Source: an uncultured Phycisphaerales bacterium
Lineage (GTDB): Bacteria > Planctomycetota > Phycisphaerae > Tepidisphaerales > Tepidisphaeraceae
Assembly: GCA_963758525.1 (NCBI GenBank)
Contig: CAVWVQ010000003.1
Location: 800,001 to 864,000 of the forward strand
Length of the DNA: 64,000 bases
Direction: 5' to 3'
Part shown: one piece after another, positions 59,449-64,000 of the stretch
Numbering within the stretch: the stretch's first letter is position 1
Layout of the letters: each line of letters opens with the position of its first letter
The notes under the pieces: model-generated
Databases searched by the model: none
What the model was told of the DNA's origin: nothing
Seen by the model: the letters and a program-made list of their open reading frames with translations, nothing else
Made by a program: the position numbers and the translations under genes

Positions 59449-61406
59449 TCAGCTCAAGACCCCGTCGATTGTCTGGCGGCGCATGCGGCCCGGTTGACTC
59501 ATGAGCTCCCTCAGCAGCGAAAGATGGCTCTCATACACACCGCGAGGTGTGGTGTTCTGACTTATGCAGATCCAAGCTGCTTTGCCGACAATTTCGCCCA
59601 TCATTCCACAGGTCCGCATGACCCGCACCGGGCCTAATCCCTCGTGCGTGACGCTGATGTCACGGCCGGCCATGAAGAGATTGCTGATGTTCCGGCTATA
59701 CAAGCACCGGTAGGGCGACCAGTACGGTCCCTTGTATTGAAACTCTTTTCCCGCGGTGGCATGGGAGATGAACTCCTCGCCTTTGAGGCCGTCCTGAAAT
59801 TTGGAATCCGGCTCATGGAGATCGATGTGCCAGGAGCAGGGAAATGCCGCATCAGGGAAGACGCGGCCGGTCCTGAAATCGTCCACGCCCAGGACGACAT
59901 CGCCGAGCAGGCGACGCGACTCGCGCTTGCCGGCGATGAACGCCGCCCAGCCGATGCGGTGGTTCGGGTACAGCTTGTCCACGTTCTTCAGCGTATCCCA
60001 GGCACCGTACATCGCTCGCAGATTCAGGTCGCGGATTCGCTCGACATCGTTGATGGGATCCGCATCAAAGCCGCTTTCCCAGAACCAGCCGCCTAGATTG
60101 CCCAGGGGATCCTTCCCGCCCCATTGTCCTTTGAACTTGTCACGCCCGGGGAAGGGCTTGTCGCTCAGATCGATTGCCCATGGGCAACGGGGAAAGGGAG
60201 CGGCAACATTGCCGGACTCCGCCGCCATCGCCAGAGCAGTCTTGTCCTTGCATTCACATTTCAGAACCTGTTTTGAGTCGGCCACATCCAGGACGTTCCA
60301 CAGGTTGCTCATGCCCTGATGCTTCTCGCGGGTGATTTCATAGTCCGCGTTGGCGAGAAAGCCTACGGTGGCATCACCAGTACAGTCGGCGAAGAACCTC
60401 GCCGTAAGCCGGGTGCGGCGTGCGGTGTGAGTATGCTGGACGACCACGGCAGTGATTTGCCCGTTGCGCGCCTCAACGGCAAACGCACGATGATCGGTCA
60501 AAAGACTGATCCGCGACTCGGCGAGAACCAATTTGGTCTTGCGCGCGTCGTCATAGATTGCGCCGCCCCTGGCATTGCCATCGCCGGCACCTTTTTCAGC
60601 GACGAGTTCTTCCACGATGTCGCCGATGTGCGGAAACGGCTTTTGATTGGTATGGCCTTCGGGCCAGACACGCACTTCCGAACTCCCATTGCCGCCCAGG
60701 ACGGGCCGATCCTGCACGAGGGCGACCCTCAGCCCATTGCGCGCGGCCGACAGCGCCGCGCTGGAACCCGCGATGCCCCCGCCAACCACGACCAGGTCGA
60801 AGTCTCCGCCGTTCTCCGGTTCGTCCGGCAAGCCCAGCAGCGCACGGCGAAATTGGGTTAACGCGGCCAATTCGTTGGGTGGCTTGAAAGTGAGATCATC
60901 GGAAAAGAGCACCGCATCGCATCGGCCCTCGAACCCGGTGAGATCGTGCAGCGCCACCGTCGTCTGGGGACCCAGGTCGGCGGTTCCTCCATCCTGCCAG
61001 TGCCAGTCAGCGCCTTCGGTGCCGAACGTCACCGCAAGCGCGTGGCCGTTGATGAGCAACTGAAACTTTCCCGGGGCGCCGGCGCATTCCACGGCGCGAC
61101 CCAGTCCCTGGTGCGAACCCAGACGCGGTACTTCCCCGGCGAAGAGACCGTAACCTTGGTGACCGCATCCCTCACCGGCACACCCAGGCCGTGCGCCAGC
61201 AAATAAGGTGAGCCCATCTGGTCCATCGACTGCTGATCGGTGTCCCAGCCGCCGGTATCGGCGAACTGCTCGGCCTCCAGAAAGAGCAGGTTGGCGCCCT
61301 TTGCGGGCGCGGTGTCGCCAAGCACGCCAGCCAATGGCGCCGGCAGCAGCCCCGCAAGCATCGCCCCGCCCGACATCCGGACAAACTCGCGACGTGTGGT
61401 TTTCAT
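59449..61406 (-). CDS. Tat-exported FAD-dependent oxidoreductase, frameshift near 61085
   Basis: Twin-arginine signal TRREFV; DLVVVGGGIAG, DRPVLGGNGSSE, ADCTGD, RESRRLLG. Confidence 0.88.
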
Positions 61407-61494
61407 AGGGATTACAGTGAGTCTCAGGATCCTTTTTTTTATAGTCAAGACGCCGCCGGGTGTTGACGAGGATCCCGCCGCGGGTTCCCAGCCT

Positions 61495-62163
61495 ATGAAG
61501 GTGACCAGAGGCAATTCATGGTTCCGAGGCGTCTTTACGCTCAGCGCGAGCCAGACCGACTCCATCCTCCAGGCGCCGACATTCGGGCTGGCCAAGACGC
61601 TCGTGTACCTTAACGGGCAACCGGTCGAGGAGTCGGAGCAGGATGTCTCGAACATTCTCGTCGCCGGCAAGAACACGGTTCTCATCGAAGTCCAAAGCAG
61701 GTTGGGCGATAGCGGAAACCTGCTTCTGTCGCTCTGGCACAACTCGCCGCTCACTCACGCGACGTGGTATTTTGAGCCCGGCTTGGATGATCTTCATGAA
61801 ACCGCGGTCATCGGTCGTGTGACCAACTGGGACGACTTCCTCCGCCACGAGCCCTGGCAGCCCGGGGAGTCAACATCCGCGCAGCAGCCGACGTTCTGGA
61901 AGTGCAGCTTCAATTACCACAAACTCGTCGGTTGGCAGCAGAGCATGGGCCTGTTGACCACTGGATTGAAAGCTGGACATGTCTGGCTCAACGGCCACAA
62001 CCTCGGCCCATCGCCGCAACCCTTTCCGATGTACATGCCCGAGTGCTGGATACGCGACGGGCAGAACTCGCTCGTGATTTTCGACATGGAAGGAAGCAAG
62101 CCGGGACAAGTGACGCTTCAGAGTTATGAGGCCCACCAGGTCCTTCAGGCGTCGCGACGATGA
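61495..62163 (+). pseudogene. Beta-galactosidase (GH35-like) C-terminal jelly-roll fragment
   Basis: GLKAGHVWLNGHNLG..MYMPECWIRDGQNSLVIFD; no catalytic TIM barrel or signal peptide. Confidence 0.55.
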
Positions 62164-62280
62164 ATTACTCCCAGTGACGATTGTGACGATTACAGATTTT
62201 CAGCGAACTTATCGTCGAGCGCGCGGTGCTGTCAGTGCTATTCTGGTGCGATCAACCGTCTTCCCGTGGGAGATCGATGG

Positions 62281-63789
62281 ATGGCACAACGAACTTCTTC
62301 TCTCACGCACTTACCGCTGGTCTATCCGCTGGTCAGCGGGCCGGGGATCGCCAGGTGGTTGGTGGCTTGCCTTCTGGGCTTTATTGGGTGGGCATTCGTT
62401 GTGTTTTCGATCATGGCGATCCCCAGCGCCCTGCAGGGGAACTTTGACGGGCCGTCGTTTCTGCTCGGAGTTTTCTTTCTGATCGGCCTGGGAGTCCTCG
62501 CCGTCGCCATGGCAACCGTATTGTATCGGCATTGCATCGTCATCGACCTGCGCACGCGAACGGTGACCCGCCATCGAACGTGGGGGCCGATCACGCGCAC
62601 GCGCGCTTTGGCCTGCGATGAGGTCCGCGCCGTTCGATTGATGCACGATACGCGTCGCAGGGAAGGCAAAAAAGGCGGCAGCTACTCCGGCGGCTCCTAC
62701 ACCGTGTGCGCGATGAAGCTGGTGAGCCGCAAGGGGGAAGTCTGGCATTTGTGCGAACGGCCGACAGTGGGGGAAGCAATGCGCCGAATGCTTCCATCGG
62801 TCGTCGGGCGCATCGCCACGGACTACGAGCAACTGCAGCGCGACGAGGCGACCAAACTGTGCGCTGCGACGGGCTGGCGGCTGGAGGATCGGCTGGAGCG
62901 AAGCACGACGGGATGGGTTCCCGCAGCCAGCGAGCCGTGCGCGCACAGGGTCGAAGACATCGGACCGTCGATTCGCGGGATTGATGCGCCCGCCTGGTTG
63001 CAACGCGCGGTTCCGCGGCGGGTGCGCCGCCGCTGGCAGACGGTGCTGGTCAGTCTCCTGGGCTGGGGCGTGATCGTCGGGCCGCTGCTGGCAGCAGCGA
63101 TCTGGGTCGGCGCACGCTACCGCGACGTGCAAAGCATGCGGACCATCGACGCGAAGGTGATCGGCCTGGCGCACGACTGGAACCCCGGGGGCTATGGCGT
63201 GGATTATCGATTCGCGGTCGATGGTCGCGAATACACCCGTTGGGAGATGAATGTTTCACCAGCGATATGGGCCGAAGCGCAGTCGCGCGAGTCGATACAG
63301 GTCAGCTATTTGCCGCGCGATCCGCGGCAATCCAACCTGGGGCTCCCACCGCCGGTGCTGGTCTTGCCACAGAATTGGATGGTCATGGGCTTGGAGCGAA
63401 TACCGTCCTTCCTGGTGGCGATCGCGGTTGCGGTGGGAATGTGGAGGCGTGCGAATCGCATCGCCCGCGCGAAGTTTTTGGGAGAGCGGGGATGCATGAG
63501 GCAGGGAATGGTTTTCCGCCGGGCACAAAAAGTTGGGGTAAGGCGAACGCAGTCGCGCCTGACGATCAACGGCGTCACGCTCTTCAACCCGTGGACATCG
63601 CCTGAGTATGAGTCAAACCAGATTCGCTACGAATTCATCGTCGACGGCAAGAAGCAGTTTGGGTATGTACCGGCAACTTCGCTGGGTATTTTCCGTCGCG
63701 ACGGGCTGGTCGGCGTGATGTATGACCCGCACTTTCCGGAAGTGCATCTGCCGCTGCCAGCCGTCGAGCGGTATCTGGCATTCGATTAG
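62281..63789 (+). CDS. Multi-TM protein with a DUF3592-like domain
   Basis: TM pairs; VDYRFAVDGREY..IQVSYLPRDPRQS and a second copy YEFIVDGK..VMYDP. Confidence 0.7.
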   Translation: MAQRTSSLTHLPLVYPLVSGPGIARWLVACLLGFIGWAFVVFSIMAIPSALQGNFDGPSFLLGVFFLIGLGVLAVAMATVLYRHCIVIDLRTRTVTRHRTWGPITRTRALACDEVRAVRLMHDTRRREGKKGGSYSGGSYTVCAMKLVSRKGEVWHLCERPTVGEAMRRMLPSVVGRIATDYEQLQRDEATKLCAATGWRLEDRLERSTTGWVPAASEPCAHRVEDIGPSIRGIDAPAWLQRAVPRRVRRRWQTVLVSLLGWGVIVGPLLAAAIWVGARYRDVQSMRTIDAKVIGLAHDWNPGGYGVDYRFAVDGREYTRWEMNVSPAIWAEAQSRESIQVSYLPRDPRQSNLGLPPPVLVLPQNWMVMGLERIPSFLVAIAVAVGMWRRANRIARAKFLGERGCMRQGMVFRRAQKVGVRRTQSRLTINGVTLFNPWTSPEYESNQIRYEFIVDGKKQFGYVPATSLGIFRRDGLVGVMYDPHFPEVHLPLPAVERYLAFD

Positions 63790-64000
63790 TCTGTCTGAAT
63801 CAGGGAAGGCCCGCCATCACCAGGCATCTTCGACAATTCCATATCTTCGCGATCGACGGCCAACACCTCTCGATCCGCGGGTCGAAGAAGACCGCGGTGG
63901 TAGGCATGTTGGTCGGAGGCGTTTTCGTCATCGTCGCCGTAGGCATGGCGTACAAAATGCTCACCGTGCCCAGTTCGGCTTGGACGCCCAACTGGCAAAA

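Overview
GC-rich bacterial DNA, most likely from a planctomycete (Phycisphaerae/Tepidisphaerales-like). This rests on a DUF4058-like gene, an LEPR-x-L N-terminal motif and recurrent [AST]TQP linkers, and is an inference. About nine genes, including glmS, carry 1-2 nt frameshifts, which points to long-read indel errors rather than true pseudogenes. Core genes: tRNA-Thr(TGT), glmS, rarA, 5-formyl-THF cyclo-ligase and a LysM L,D-transpeptidase. Accessory blocks: (1) a WYL regulator divergent from an ARPP-1/DUF6569-like gene, with TGACA-N6/7-TGTCA boxes, just past the tRNA 3' end; (2) a ~4.7 kb integrase-free island between ~0.7-0.8 kb direct repeats, carrying DUF932, two tRNA-3'-end-like scars, a trypsin protease plus toxin-like gene pair, a sensor-NDT/TIR-like fusion and an Mrr fragment; (3) HEPN/NT-like and decayed PIN toxin-antitoxin pairs; (4) an orphan group II intron DV-DVI end followed by an unknown two-lipoprotein operon; (5) a ~20 kb metabolic/ion-homeostasis cluster whose MrpA-less E-F-G-DUF4040-B-C-D module shares a strand with FAD/Fe-S oxidase, SDR, TPP-enzyme and MscS genes, flanked by enolase-superfamily, DUF1275, M24, GH15 and ClC genes. 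Also present: many unrelated REP/MITE-like palindromes, a RAYT-like tail and a ~69-unit heptamer array. All family calls come from motif recognition by eye; no database searches were run.
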